NCBI GenBank assembly: GCA_020633435.1
Contig: JACKDP010000002.1
Location: 631,788 to 695,787 of the forward strand
Origin: Myxococcales bacterium
Lineage (GTDB): Bacteria > Myxococcota_A > Bradymonadia > UBA7976 > UBA1532
Length of the DNA: 64,000 bases
Direction: 5' to 3'
Below the pieces are notes generated by a model, which was not told the origin of the DNA, made no database searches, and saw only the letters and a program-made list of their open reading frames with translations. The first letter of the stretch is position 1; every line of letters starts with the position of its first letter. Of the stretch, positions 6,610-16,422 are shown one piece after another. The position numbers were made by a program, and so were the translations under genes.

Positions 6610-9336
6610 CTAGAACGTCACGAGGCGGCGGAACACGGGCGCCGCGCCGTCGGGCGGCGTGCCGAGCGGCCCGGGGACGCCGTCCTGATCGGTGTCGCGA
6701 TCCGGGCTGAACTCCCCCGTCAGCCACGACTCGGCGATGAGCAGGCCCCCCAGGACGACCCGGTCGAAGAGGGCCGCGCGGCGCTCGCGCGCGCCCGCGA
6801 GGCCGATGCGCTGGCCCGCGCCGAGGGCGTCCAGGGCCCGGGCGGCGAGCCCCGGCGTCCAGGCGTAGGCCGGGACGCCCAGCGTCGTCTGCCACGTCCC
6901 GATGCCGGCGTCCCACCACCCCGTCTGCAGGCGATCCCAGAGGGCCACGGCGTCGCGGCGGGCCCCCTCGTCCCCGGCGTCGGCCACCGCCGCGAACGCG
7001 TGCAGTGCGGCGAGCTGCACCTCCAGGGACGGACGGCCGGCCGCCGTCACGTCGCCCTGGTCGTCCAGGCGCGTCCGCAGCGCAGCCACGGCCAGGCTCG
7101 CCGCCTCGAGCTCGCCCGACGCCACCAGGGCGACGGCCACCTCGGCGGTGGCGAGCGCGTCCACGTCCGTCGGCGCCTCCGTGGGCAGCCCCGTGGTCGC
7201 GTAGCCGCCCCCCGGCACCTCGGCGTGATCGCGCAGGGCCGCGCGGACGGCGGGCACGAAGCGGCGGGCCGCCTCGCCCAGCCCCGCGTCCCCCGCGAGG
7301 GGGGCGAGCGCGAAGGCCTCCGGCCGGTCGGCCTCCAGGTCGGCGGCCGTGGCCAGCGCCAGCAGCAGGCGGGCGTGACCCCGGGTGTCGAACGCGGGCC
7401 CTTCGGCGCGGATGGTCTCCAGGCGGCGCGGCAGACCCGGGCCGGCCTCCGCCTCGGTGACGCCCGCGCGGGCGACGTGGTAGCGGCCGGGCGCCAGCGG
7501 GGCCAGCGCGCCGGCGTCGGCGTCGTAGAAGCCGATCTGCGCGACGAGCCCGAGGAGCTGCGCCGCCGCGTCGATGGACCAGAGGCCCAGCAGCCCCTCC
7601 CGGCCGGCGCTGCCCACAGCGGGCGGGCTCTCCTCGCCCGGACCGAACGTGGCGCCGTCGTCGATCCAGGCGCGGACGGCCGCGATCTGCGCCGGGCTGG
7701 CCCGGTCGGGGGCGTGGCCGCCGGCGAGCAGGCCGCTCAGGGGCGAGTGCAGGCTGTCGCCGGGGACGACGAGGCCGGCGTCGAGGTAGGCCTGCATGTC
7801 GGGCAGCGCGGGCGGCGTCGCCCCCGGCTGGTGGCAGCCGGCGCAGCGCAGCGACAGGACGGGCTCGACGCTGCCCAGGCGGCCGGCCCCCGGGCGGTGC
7901 TGCCCGGCGGTGCCGGCCCGCGCCCGCGCCACATACGCCCGCAGCGCCGCCGCCGTGGTGCCCGGGGTGATCACCCGGTCGCTCCCCCGGGCGCCCTCCC
8001 AGCGCAGGGTGGCGAAGTCCTCCTCCCAGAGCGGCCGCCCGTCCGGCGTCATCGCGGTGGGCGGCGCCCGCAGAAAGGCAGAGATTCCACGCACATAGGG
8101 CAGCGCGACCGGGTGCGCGCCGGGCGGCACCGGCGCGCCGGCCGCCGCGGCCAGCGCCGCCGCCCGGGCGGCCCAGGCGTCGTCGAGGGTGGAGCCATCG
8201 CCACCAACGTCCTCGGCGGCGTCCAGCGCGACGGCGGGCCCGTACTGCGCGTGGATGCCCACGCCGCTCTGGAAGAGGGCCGCGTCGATGGCGGTGCGGC
8301 CGACGGCCCAGGCCGCCCAGTCCCGATCGAAGCTGCTGCCGGCGTCGCCCAGGGGCCCCGCGCCGTCGAGCAGCGCGGCGGCCAGCCAGAGGCCCCCCTC
8401 CACCGGGAAGCCCAGGGCGTCGGGCTCGACGCGGGGCTCGGCCGCGCCGCGCGGCCCGATGGTGTAGTCCGCCGCGCGCACCTCCTCGACGTTGCCCCCG
8501 GCGTCCGTCGCCCGGAAGCGCAGCATGGTGGGGCGCGCGATGGCCAGCGGGCCCACGTACTCAGCGCTGTCGGGGCCAGGCGCGGTGCCATCCAGGGTGT
8601 AGCGGATGGTCGCGCCCGCCTCGTCGGTGCTCAGGGCGACGCTGACGGGGCCCACGTAGTGGCCCTCGGGCGGCGTCGCGCGGGTCTCGGGTGGCCGGTC
8701 GTCGATGGTGTAGACGAGGGCGGGCTGGGTGAAGGAGTTGCCGGCCACGTCGATGGCCAGCAAGCGCAGCGTCGTGTCCCGCGCCAGCGGGATGCGGATG
8801 GGGTCGTCGGGGCCGGCTTCGGCCGTCTCGCCGCGGTCTCCGCCCACCACCGGCGCGACGCCGTCCGTCGTCCACCACACCGTCACCGGCTCCGACACCG
8901 TGACGAGCACCTCGATGGGGCCCGGGAAGTCGCCCCCGGCGGGGTCGATGTCGACGACGGGCGCCTCGCGGTCGAAGCGCACCTCCACCTCGCCCGGCTC
9001 CCCCAGGTTGCCCGCCAGGTCCTCGGCCACCCAGCGCACGCGGGTGTCGTTGACCAGGGGCAGGACGGCGGCGTTGCGGGCCAGCCCCCCCGTGCCCCGC
9101 CCCGGCTCGGCCCCGTCGGTGGTGTAGAAGACCGTCGCGGCCTCGTCCGCCTCGACGTGCACGCTCAGCTCGGCGGTGGGCACCAGCAGCACGCCGTCCA
9201 CCACCTCCACGCGGCTGCCGGTGGGGGTGACGCCGAAGACGCTGATCCCCGGCGGCGTGGTGTCCCCCGGCGGGGGCACCTCCTCGGGGCAGCCCGCCAG
9301 CACGGCGGCGAACAGCAGGAACGGGGCGCGGCGCAT
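6610..9336 (-). CDS. secreted lipoprotein: three chitobiase/FN3-like beta-sandwich repeats, a PSCyt1-like domain with a CxxCH haem-binding motif, and an alpha-helical C-terminal domain
   Basis: Internal ATG at 9336 has a GGAGGAG RBS and a lipobox signal (MRRAPFLLFAAVLAGC). Repeats VFYTTDGAEPG, VWWTTDGVAP and IRYTLDGTAPGP resemble the chitobiase/hexosaminidase C-terminal domain. LSLRCAGCHQPGATPPALPD...VVPGDSLHSPLSGLLAG...IAAVRAWIDDGA resembles the Planctomycete-type cytochrome PSCyt1 domain. The N-terminal 250 codons of the long ORF (to 10080) are low-complexity and overlap the upstream gene. Confidence 0.6.
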   Translation of the reverse strand: MRRAPFLLFAAVLAGCPEEVPPPGDTTPPGISVFGVTPTGSRVEVVDGVLLVPTAELSVHVEADEAATVFYTTDGAEPGRGTGGLARNAAVLPLVNDTRVRWVAEDLAGNLGEPGEVEVRFDREAPVVDIDPAGGDFPGPIEVLVTVSEPVTVWWTTDGVAPVVGGDRGETAEAGPDDPIRIPLARDTTLRLLAIDVAGNSFTQPALVYTIDDRPPETRATPPEGHYVGPVSVALSTDEAGATIRYTLDGTAPGPDSAEYVGPLAIARPTMLRFRATDAGGNVEEVRAADYTIGPRGAAEPRVEPDALGFPVEGGLWLAAALLDGAGPLGDAGSSFDRDWAAWAVGRTAIDAALFQSGVGIHAQYGPAVALDAAEDVGGDGSTLDDAWAARAAALAAAAGAPVPPGAHPVALPYVRGISAFLRAPPTAMTPDGRPLWEEDFATLRWEGARGSDRVITPGTTAAALRAYVARARAGTAGQHRPGAGRLGSVEPVLSLRCAGCHQPGATPPALPDMQAYLDAGLVVPGDSLHSPLSGLLAGGHAPDRASPAQIAAVRAWIDDGATFGPGEESPPAVGSAGREGLLGLWSIDAAAQLLGLVAQIGFYDADAGALAPLAPGRYHVARAGVTEAEAGPGLPRRLETIRAEGPAFDTRGHARLLLALATAADLEADRPEAFALAPLAGDAGLGEAARRFVPAVRAALRDHAEVPGGGYATTGLPTEAPTDVDALATAEVAVALVASGELEAASLAVAALRTRLDDQGDVTAAGRPSLEVQLAALHAFAAVADAGDEGARRDAVALWDRLQTGWWDAGIGTWQTTLGVPAYAWTPGLAARALDALGAGQRIGLAGARERRAALFDRVVLGGLLIAESWLTGEFSPDRDTDQDGVPGPLGTPPDGAAPVFRRLVTF

Positions 9337-9394
9337 GGGCTCCTCCAGGACGGACCGCCGCCATGGTGAGGAGTGGGGCCCCCTCGGTGCAACC

Positions 9395-11125
9395 TCAGGG
9401 CACCGTGATGCGCTCCAGGTCGAGGCCACCGGCGAAGAGGTAGGAGACGGCCTGGGAGTAGCCGTAGACCAGGACGCCGCAGCCGGTGGGGCAGTCGAGC
9501 CGCCGCTGGCCGGGGCGGACGGGGAAGCGGCCCCCGGCGAAGAGCTCGCCGAACGGGCGAAGCTGCCCGCCGATGTCCGTGCCGTCGAGCTGGACGGCCG
9601 CCCCCTCCCGGGCCACCACCGAGATGTACTGGGCGTCGTACTCCTGGGGCACCAGGAACGTGTAGTCGGTGCGGAACTGCTCCACGGGCACCGCGAACGC
9701 CAGGGCGGGGTCGCCGGCGGCGCCGTCGGTGGACTGCAGGAAGTGCCCCACCAGGACGGGGTTGCTGGCGGTGATGCGGGTGTCGCCGTTGATGAAGACG
9801 TCGCACGACGCCCCGGCGCGCAGGATGCCGCAGCGGCCCTGGGCCGGCGCCGGATCGAAGTCGACGCGGGTGTCGTCGCGGTGGGCCAGGATGCGCAGCA
9901 GGTCCGTCTCGCGCTTGCGCGGCTGGGTGCGGGCCACCGCGAAGTTCGAGCCCCACGTCGAGATGGGGAAGAGCTGCTCCTCGATGTGATCGGCGCAGCA
10001 CGACTGCTGCTCCGTGGGCAGCACCGTCGCCTCGTGGCCCACGAAGACGCCGAAGGGGGTGCCGTCCGGGCTGCGCACACGCGTGCCCGTGAGATCGCCG
10101 TCGGCCACCGCCTCCAGGTTCAAGACCTGGAACCGGTTCAGAGAAAACCGATGGGTTTCGCCGGGTTGCAGGGCCGTCACCTGGTCGCCTGCCCGAATGG
10201 CGGCGCTGGGCTCGACCTCGACGGTCGTGTTGTCGGCCACGGCCACGACCGTCACATAGCCGTTGTAGTCGTTGGTGTCCGGGCGCCGGGTCAGCGTCGG
10301 CAGGGTGAGCGCGAGGTACTGGCCGTCGTAGGCGTGCTCGGGCACCAGCAAGGAGCCGTCGTTGGAGAAGACGTCCACGTTGTCGAGGGGGTTGAACTGG
10401 TAGGCGACGATGGGCGCGCTGCTCGTCAGGTGGTACGCCTTCGCGCTGATGCCGGAGTGATCCAGCGACAGATCGGGGAAGCCGAGCGCCTGGGGGAACA
10501 GGCTCGCCAGCGCCCCCGGCGCTACCATCTCGGCGTGGCGGTTGCCGCGGGCGTCCTCCAGGACGACCTCGACGGGCTCGGCCTGCGGGTTGGAGACCAC
10601 GATGGCGAACGGCGACCGCTGGGCGTCGAGGGCGCAGATGGGGGCCGTCTGGCACTGGAAGCCGCGGGGGCAGGCCTGGCCGTAGTCGCAGACGCCCGCG
10701 GTGCCGCCCCCGCCATGGCAGGCCGGGATGTCATCGTGGACGGGGCTGCGGTTGCAGCGCCCGCCCGCGGGGACGCCGAGCACCTCCACGGCGTTGTCCA
10801 GGTCCACCGGCCAGTACGAGCAGCCCAGGTACGAGCGCGCCGCCGCGGCCTGGAAGCACAGGTCCCCGCCCCCGCCCCCGCCCCCGCGGCAGTTGTCCGT
10901 CGGCGTCTGGACGAAGCCGCCGCCCCGGCAGATCTGCTCGACCTCGCCCAGGCAGCGCGTCTCGCCCTCCGTGCAGAAGGCGATGACGGCCCCGTCGGCC
11001 CCGCCGCCCAGGGCGCCCGCCACCTCGTCGTCGGCGCACCCGACCAGCGCGATCAGCGCCAGCCACACACTGTGTGCAGACCCTCTCCCCACGGCGGCTC
11101 CTCTCCCGTATCGTGGCTCATCCAA
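9395..11125 (-). CDS. secreted lipoprotein with an IgGFc-binding-protein N-terminal-like domain (start codon uncertain: TTG at 11125 or a downstream GTG)
   Basis: Lipobox signal VWLALIALVGCADD. A Cys/Gly-rich N-terminal region is followed by a large beta-rich domain containing SCCADHIEEQLFPISTWG. It is 59 nt upstream of, and co-directional with, the 6610..9336 lipoprotein gene, so the two probably form an operon. Confidence 0.5.
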   Translation of the reverse strand: MDEPRYGRGAAVGRGSAHSVWLALIALVGCADDEVAGALGGGADGAVIAFCTEGETRCLGEVEQICRGGGFVQTPTDNCRGGGGGGGDLCFQAAAARSYLGCSYWPVDLDNAVEVLGVPAGGRCNRSPVHDDIPACHGGGGTAGVCDYGQACPRGFQCQTAPICALDAQRSPFAIVVSNPQAEPVEVVLEDARGNRHAEMVAPGALASLFPQALGFPDLSLDHSGISAKAYHLTSSAPIVAYQFNPLDNVDVFSNDGSLLVPEHAYDGQYLALTLPTLTRRPDTNDYNGYVTVVAVADNTTVEVEPSAAIRAGDQVTALQPGETHRFSLNRFQVLNLEAVADGDLTGTRVRSPDGTPFGVFVGHEATVLPTEQQSCCADHIEEQLFPISTWGSNFAVARTQPRKRETDLLRILAHRDDTRVDFDPAPAQGRCGILRAGASCDVFINGDTRITASNPVLVGHFLQSTDGAAGDPALAFAVPVEQFRTDYTFLVPQEYDAQYISVVAREGAAVQLDGTDIGGQLRPFGELFAGGRFPVRPGQRRLDCPTGCGVLVYGYSQAVSYLFAGGLDLERITVP

Positions 11126-11192
11126 TCACGAAGCGTGGACCGTGGCGCCCCTCCGGTGCAACGTCCCCGCATCCACCCCCGCGAGAGGGCTC

Positions 11193-14100
11193 ATGAATCT
11201 ACGCCTGCTCCCGCTCCTGGCCCTCGGTCTGCTGGCTGCCTGCACCGACCCGGTCAAGGACATCGATCGCACCCAGGGCAACCTCATCCGCAAGGCCGAC
11301 CTGGAGGGCGAGTGGTACATGCTCGAGACCATCGCCGGGGTCCCGCCCACGAGCTGGTTCACGTTCATCGGCGAGACGTCGAAGATGGAGCGCGTGAAGT
11401 TCGTGGTGCAGGAGTCGCTGCTGGTGGCCTACCGCAGCTACCCCCTGGTGCCGGGCGCCGACTCCCCCTCCGCCGGCGAGGCCTTCGACGGCACCGACAA
11501 CCCGGTGGCCGCCTGGCCCATCGTCGCCCACGTCGACGTCCGCCGCGACTACAACGCCTCCACCGGCGAGCAGAGCAACGTCATCATCGAGGACCAGGGC
11601 GACCGCCTCTGGCATGAGCGCGACTTCATCCGGGTCGACTGGACCCAGAACCAGGTCGCCAACTTCGACTTCATCGCGCCGACCACGGCCGAGACGAGCC
11701 TGGGCTACTTCGTGACGGAGGAGCAGGGCGGCGAGGACGCCTTCTACCGCGAGGAGAAGGACGGCGCCCTGAGCTACTTCGACGTGCTGGGCAAGCTCTT
11801 CGTCCAGCCCGACGAGTGGGGCTGCTACTTCGCGATGTACGGCTGGTCCCCCGAGGACTGCTCCTCCGCCGAGATCACCGTGCGGTCGAGCTTCTCGCGG
11901 GTGCCCGGGACGACCTACGAGCCCTTCCAGTACGACGACCGCCTCATGAGCCGCTACGGCTACTTCCGCAGCGAGCGGTACACCTTCGACGAGCAGCGCG
12001 GCGTGCGGGAGTCGAACCGCCGGTACCTCATCCAGCGCCACGACATCTGGAAGCAGAGCCACGACGAGAACGGGGTGCCCATCCCCATCCCCGACCGCGA
12101 GGTGCGCACCGTCCCCTACTACCTCAACACCGACTTCCCCGATGACGACCTGCTGCGCGACGCGGCCCGCGCCGCCATCGCCCAGTGGAACGAGGCGGCC
12201 CAGCAGGGCGTGAAGGCGGCCCAGGGCAAGTCGGAGGTGCCCGACGTCTTCGTCCTCTGCCAGAACCCCGTGGCCGCCGGCGACGCCCCCGCCTGCGGGG
12301 CCGAGGGCTTCTCGCCGCGCATCGGCGACGTGCGCTACAGCACCCTGCACTGGGTGGATCCCGAGACGCTGGATGGCCTGCTGGGCTACGGCCCCTCCGC
12401 CGCCGACCCCATCACCGGCGAGATCATCGCCGGCAAGGCCTACGTCTACGGCGCCGCCGTGAACACCTACGCCTCCTATGCCACCGACATCATTCGGTAT
12501 TTCAACGAGGACATCGACTTCGACACCCTCGTGCACGGCGGCCACTTCACCGACGACATCGTGGCGCGCCTGGAGGGCAAGCCCAGCGTGGTGCGGCCCT
12601 CCGAGCGCCTGGCCGACGTCCGCCTGGACCGCCCCCTGCAGAAGCCCGGCCGCGGCGCCCGGCCCGACCGCCGCCAGCGCCAGAACCTGCGCGCCTACGA
12701 CCCCGCGGCCGTCGAGGCCCGGCTGCAGAAGGCCCGCGACGCCGGGCTGACGGCTCGCCTGATGACGCCCGAGGTCCAGCGCGCCATGGCCCGCCGCGCC
12801 GGCATGCCCGCCGACGACCTCACGGCCGAGGATCGCGCCCGCCTCGATCCCACGCGCCTGTTCAACCCCGAGGCCCACAAGCGCCGCAACAAGCTGCGCG
12901 CCGAGGCCCGCGCCCGGGGCGTCGACTTCCAGGACCTGGTCTCCCCCGATCTGCAGGGCATCGTGCGCCGCTACCTGGGCCGCACGGACTACGACCAGAT
13001 GTGGCGGGAGCTGCGCGCCGAGGTCTTCGCCTCGACGGCCGAGCACGAGGTCGGCCACACCCTGGGCCTGCGCCACAACTTCCAGGGCAGCTACGACAGC
13101 CTCAACTACTTCGACACCTACTGGGATCTGCGCAGCGAGACGCTGAAGCGCAGCGAGACGGTGGCCGACCTGTACGACCAGGTCCAGCTCACCGACCGCC
13201 AGCACGAGGGCTTCATGCGCCAGCAGCAGTACAGCTCCATCATGGACTACGGCTACTCGTGGCAGAACGACATCATGGGCCTGGGCAAGTACGACGTGGC
13301 GGCCCTCATCTTCGGCTACACCGCCGGCTCGTACCGCACCGAGGGCGAGCAGTGCGGCAAGTACGAGAGCGTCCGCGCGGGCGCCGGCTGCATCGCCCGG
13401 CTGCCGGGCTACATCGAGGTCTTCACCAAGTCGAAGGAGGCCCTCGGCGAGGCCGGCTCGCTGCTCACGCGCGAGGAGCTGGGCTTCACCTACGACGATC
13501 CGGGCCTGCCGTCGGTGAACATCCTGGAGCGCTACGACTACAGCACGGTGGCCATGGCCTTCCCGAGCCTGGATGACCTGAAGGACCGAAAGCTGATGCG
13601 CTACGCGGACTTCCTGGAGGCCAAGGCCCGCGGGGGCGACCGCCCCGTCCGCGTCCCCCACCTGTTCTGCTCGGATGAGTGGGAGGGGGGCCTCGTGAGC
13701 TGCCGCGTGTTCGACCAGGGCGCCAACCCCTTCGAGCTGACGCTGAGCCGCATCCACGACTACCGGGCCTACTACCCCTTCGTGAACTTCAAGCGCGATC
13801 GGGTGGGCTTCTGGGAGGATGACCCCCTCTACACCTACTTCGACCGCGTCTTCCTGCCGCTCTCCGACTACTTCCAGAGCTGGTACTTCGCGCCCTATGG
13901 CTTCGACGACGCCTTCGATCGCAGCTACGAGCTGGCCATCAACTCCGGCCTGAGCCTGCTGGGCGAGGTGCTGGCGACGCCGCCCTACGGCGCCTTCTGC
14001 CGCGATCCCGATGGCAACTACGTCTGGCTCTCCGACGAGCCCGCCGCCCAGGGCGAGACCTACGCCACCGACTGCGTGGACGAGCGCCAGACCTTCGAGA

Positions 14101-15275
14101 TCGAGCGCGGCGTCGGCCGGCGCCCCTTCTCGGCCTACGATCCCGAGCAGGGCTACTACTTCAGCGACAAGCCCCAGGAGTCGGGCCACTACTGGACGAC
14201 GCTGGCCGCCCTCTGGGCCCTCTTCGATCCCGACGCCTACGTCGTGGGCTCCGAGGGCGACGCCGGGTTCTACGCCATCAGCTTCTATGACTGGTTCCCC
14301 GACGAGATCAACCGGCTGATGGCCAACCTCATGACGGAGAACTACACCGACTTCGCCCCCCGGGCCAGCGTCGACGGGCGCACGCTCGCCCTGACCTACG
14401 TGCCGGCCGCGCCGCTGTACGACTACGACGCCCAGGCCTTCTACGACGCCGAGACGGGCGCCCCCCTCGACGACATCGCCGGCGAGCCGGTGGAGAGCGA
14501 GCCCAGCTTCGGCCTGCAGACCGACATCCCGTTCTGGGGCTTCTTGCTGTCGACCGCCTCGTACAGCACCCGGTTCATCGACAACCTCAACGTGTTCCGC
14601 CCCGGCAACGACGCCCAGGTGGTCGTCGACCCGCGGGTGAGCGAGCAGATCGACTTCACCGATCCCCAGAGCGGCATTCGCTACGCGGCCGTGCAGCCCC
14701 GCTGCGACGGCCCGTCCGGCGGCTCGACGGCCGTCTGCGGCGTCTGCGACAGCAACGAGGAGTGCGTCGGCTTCACCGGCTTCATCGGCGGCACCTTCTG
14801 CCAGCCCATCAACGACGACGACGAGGTCTTCCGCTGCCTGATCGACTGCACGGACGATCCCGACAACTGCCGCGACGGCGAGACCTGCGACGTCAACGGC
14901 AACTGCGTGCCCGACGGCGGGGGCTTCTGCGCGGGCCCCGGCGCCTGCAGCCCCGCCGCCCCCCTGGGCGGCTGCCCCGACGGGCAGACCTGCTACGAGG
15001 GCGCCTGCACCGAGCGCGTCGAGCTGAGCGACCACTGCGACCTCATCCAGCCCGCCGACACCGGGGCCGTCCAGCTCGTCAAGCACGGCCAGGGCCTCGC
15101 CACGGCGTACAACCAGAGCCTGCGCGCCTGGTACGAGCACGACGCCGACGCCGACCCCGAGGAGGACGACCGCCTCGCCATCCAGTACTTCCGCAACAAG
15201 TACCGGCTGCAGCTCTTCGTCGACCTGCTCGAGACCACCATCGCCACCTACCAGATCTTCGGCCGGGTCTACTGA
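11193..15275 (+). CDS. zinc metalloprotease lipoprotein, metzincin (HExxHxxGxxH), ~1360 aa, with a Cys-rich C-terminal domain
   Basis: ATG at 11193 gives the lipobox signal MNLRLLPLLALGLLAAC. The motif AEHEVGHTLGLRHNFQGSYD is followed by a Met-turn region. The C-terminus (CGVCDSNEECVGF...CLIDCTDDPDNCRDGETCDVNGNC...) is Cys-rich. The ORF upstream of 11193 overlaps the convergent gene. Confidence 0.8.
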   Translation: MNLRLLPLLALGLLAACTDPVKDIDRTQGNLIRKADLEGEWYMLETIAGVPPTSWFTFIGETSKMERVKFVVQESLLVAYRSYPLVPGADSPSAGEAFDGTDNPVAAWPIVAHVDVRRDYNASTGEQSNVIIEDQGDRLWHERDFIRVDWTQNQVANFDFIAPTTAETSLGYFVTEEQGGEDAFYREEKDGALSYFDVLGKLFVQPDEWGCYFAMYGWSPEDCSSAEITVRSSFSRVPGTTYEPFQYDDRLMSRYGYFRSERYTFDEQRGVRESNRRYLIQRHDIWKQSHDENGVPIPIPDREVRTVPYYLNTDFPDDDLLRDAARAAIAQWNEAAQQGVKAAQGKSEVPDVFVLCQNPVAAGDAPACGAEGFSPRIGDVRYSTLHWVDPETLDGLLGYGPSAADPITGEIIAGKAYVYGAAVNTYASYATDIIRYFNEDIDFDTLVHGGHFTDDIVARLEGKPSVVRPSERLADVRLDRPLQKPGRGARPDRRQRQNLRAYDPAAVEARLQKARDAGLTARLMTPEVQRAMARRAGMPADDLTAEDRARLDPTRLFNPEAHKRRNKLRAEARARGVDFQDLVSPDLQGIVRRYLGRTDYDQMWRELRAEVFASTAEHEVGHTLGLRHNFQGSYDSLNYFDTYWDLRSETLKRSETVADLYDQVQLTDRQHEGFMRQQQYSSIMDYGYSWQNDIMGLGKYDVAALIFGYTAGSYRTEGEQCGKYESVRAGAGCIARLPGYIEVFTKSKEALGEAGSLLTREELGFTYDDPGLPSVNILERYDYSTVAMAFPSLDDLKDRKLMRYADFLEAKARGGDRPVRVPHLFCSDEWEGGLVSCRVFDQGANPFELTLSRIHDYRAYYPFVNFKRDRVGFWEDDPLYTYFDRVFLPLSDYFQSWYFAPYGFDDAFDRSYELAINSGLSLLGEVLATPPYGAFCRDPDGNYVWLSDEPAAQGETYATDCVDERQTFEIERGVGRRPFSAYDPEQGYYFSDKPQESGHYWTTLAALWALFDPDAYVVGSEGDAGFYAISFYDWFPDEINRLMANLMTENYTDFAPRASVDGRTLALTYVPAAPLYDYDAQAFYDAETGAPLDDIAGEPVESEPSFGLQTDIPFWGFLLSTASYSTRFIDNLNVFRPGNDAQVVVDPRVSEQIDFTDPQSGIRYAAVQPRCDGPSGGSTAVCGVCDSNEECVGFTGFIGGTFCQPINDDDEVFRCLIDCTDDPDNCRDGETCDVNGNCVPDGGGFCAGPGACSPAAPLGGCPDGQTCYEGACTERVELSDHCDLIQPADTGAVQLVKHGQGLATAYNQSLRAWYEHDADADPEEDDRLAIQYFRNKYRLQLFVDLLETTIATYQIFGRVY

Positions 15276-15430
15276 AGTCCCGGCGCGAACCCGTCTGATT
15301 TCAGGGAGTTTCCTGGCTTCGGCGCCTGCGGCAAGGATGTGGCGCGTCGGGTCAGACCGGCGGACGGCGCCGCCTGGAGGGGGCCGCCCCCGCCCGGTAT
15401 CCTCCTCGGCTCAACGACGAGGAGACCGCC

Positions 15431-15793
15431 ATGCGCCCCTGGCTCATCGCCCTGACCGCCCTCACCTTCGCCGCGTGCAAGGACGACCCGCCCAAGCCGC
15501 CGTCCGAGGTCACGGTCTACGCCCGGCAGCTCGACGCCCTGGCCGATCTCGCGCTCAAGAACCAGCTCGACTGCGGCAAGATGGCCGACGCCTTCGACGC
15601 CTGGTTCTCCGAAAATGGCAAGGACTTCGCGCCCTTGCACGCCAAGGCCACCAGCGGGAAGCTCAAGGCCGCCATGGGCAGCAAGGCGCTGGCGACCGCC
15701 GGCTCGGCCTCGGCATCCCTGAAGGTCTACGCCGGCAAGTGCGCGAAGAAGTCGGCGAAGCTGGCCGCCCTGCTGCAGGTGCACCGCCTCTGA
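15431..15793 (+). CDS. small lipoprotein (120 aa), unknown function
   Basis: GAGGAGA RBS. MRPWLIALTALTFAAC is a lipobox signal. Codon usage is GC3-rich like the host. The overlapping ORFs in the other frames (15337..15804 and 15269..15784) are Arg/Gly-rich nonsense. Confidence 0.55.
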   Translation: MRPWLIALTALTFAACKDDPPKPPSEVTVYARQLDALADLALKNQLDCGKMADAFDAWFSENGKDFAPLHAKATSGKLKAAMGSKALATAGSASASLKVYAGKCAKKSAKLAALLQVHRL

Positions 15794-15800
15794 TGGGAGG

Positions 15801-16418
15801 ATGATGACCGATCCCGCCTACGATCAGGCGTTCTGGGAGGCCCTCTGGACCCGGACGCTGGCCACCCACGCCGAGCACCTCGCCCACCGCCCCCCGGCCT
15901 CGATCGTCCTGGAGACGGCCGCGTCCCTGCCCCCCGGCCGCGCCCTTGACGCAGGATGCGGCCATGGGGCGGAGGCCCTCTGGCTGGCCTCCCGAGGCTG
16001 GCAGGTGCTCGGCGTCGACTTCTCGGCCAGCGCCCTGGCCCACGCCCGGGCCATGGCCGACGGCGCCGGCCTCGACGTCGCCTGGCAGGTGGCCGACCTG
16101 GGCACCTGGGCGCCTCCGCCCGCCGCCTTCGCGCTGGTCACCAGCCTGTACGTCCACTGCGCCGAGGGCGCGTTCGCCCGGGTCGAGCGCCTGGCGGCGG
16201 CCGTCGCCCCGGGCGGCACCCTGCTGCTGGTGGGCCACCAGCCCGTCGATCCGGCGACGGGCGCGCCCACCCGCGCGGCGGGTCAGGTGCAGGTCAGCGT
16301 CGAGGCCGCGCGGGCGGCCCTGGACGCGGCGCGGTGGCGGCTGGTGGTGGCGGAGGAGCGGCCGCGCGCGGGGGGCGGCGGCGTGGACGCGGTGATCGTG
16401 GCGCGGCGCCTGGCCTGA
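15801..16418 (+). CDS. class I SAM-dependent methyltransferase
   Basis: Motif I LDAGCGHGAEALWLA, an acidic motif II (VLGVDFS) and a post-I region (GGTLLLVGHQP), typical of the small Rossmann-fold methyltransferases. Confidence 0.8.
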   Translation: MMTDPAYDQAFWEALWTRTLATHAEHLAHRPPASIVLETAASLPPGRALDAGCGHGAEALWLASRGWQVLGVDFSASALAHARAMADGAGLDVAWQVADLGTWAPPPAAFALVTSLYVHCAEGAFARVERLAAAVAPGGTLLLVGHQPVDPATGAPTRAAGQVQVSVEAARAALDAARWRLVVAEERPRAGGGGVDAVIVARRLA

Positions 16419-16422
16419 GGCC

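Noticed and set aside
9337-10080. N-terminal 248-codon extension of ORF 6610..10080
   Set aside because: Pro/Ser/Ala/Arg low-complexity that overlaps the 9395..11125 gene. The internal ATG at 9336 has a GGAGGAG RBS and a lipobox signal.
11199-15140. 1313-aa minus-strand ORF antisense to the metzincin gene
   Set aside because: Low-complexity Ala/Gly/Val-rich translation with no signal or domains. It is a GC3-bias artefact. The sense strand carries HExxHxxGxxH and a lipobox signal.
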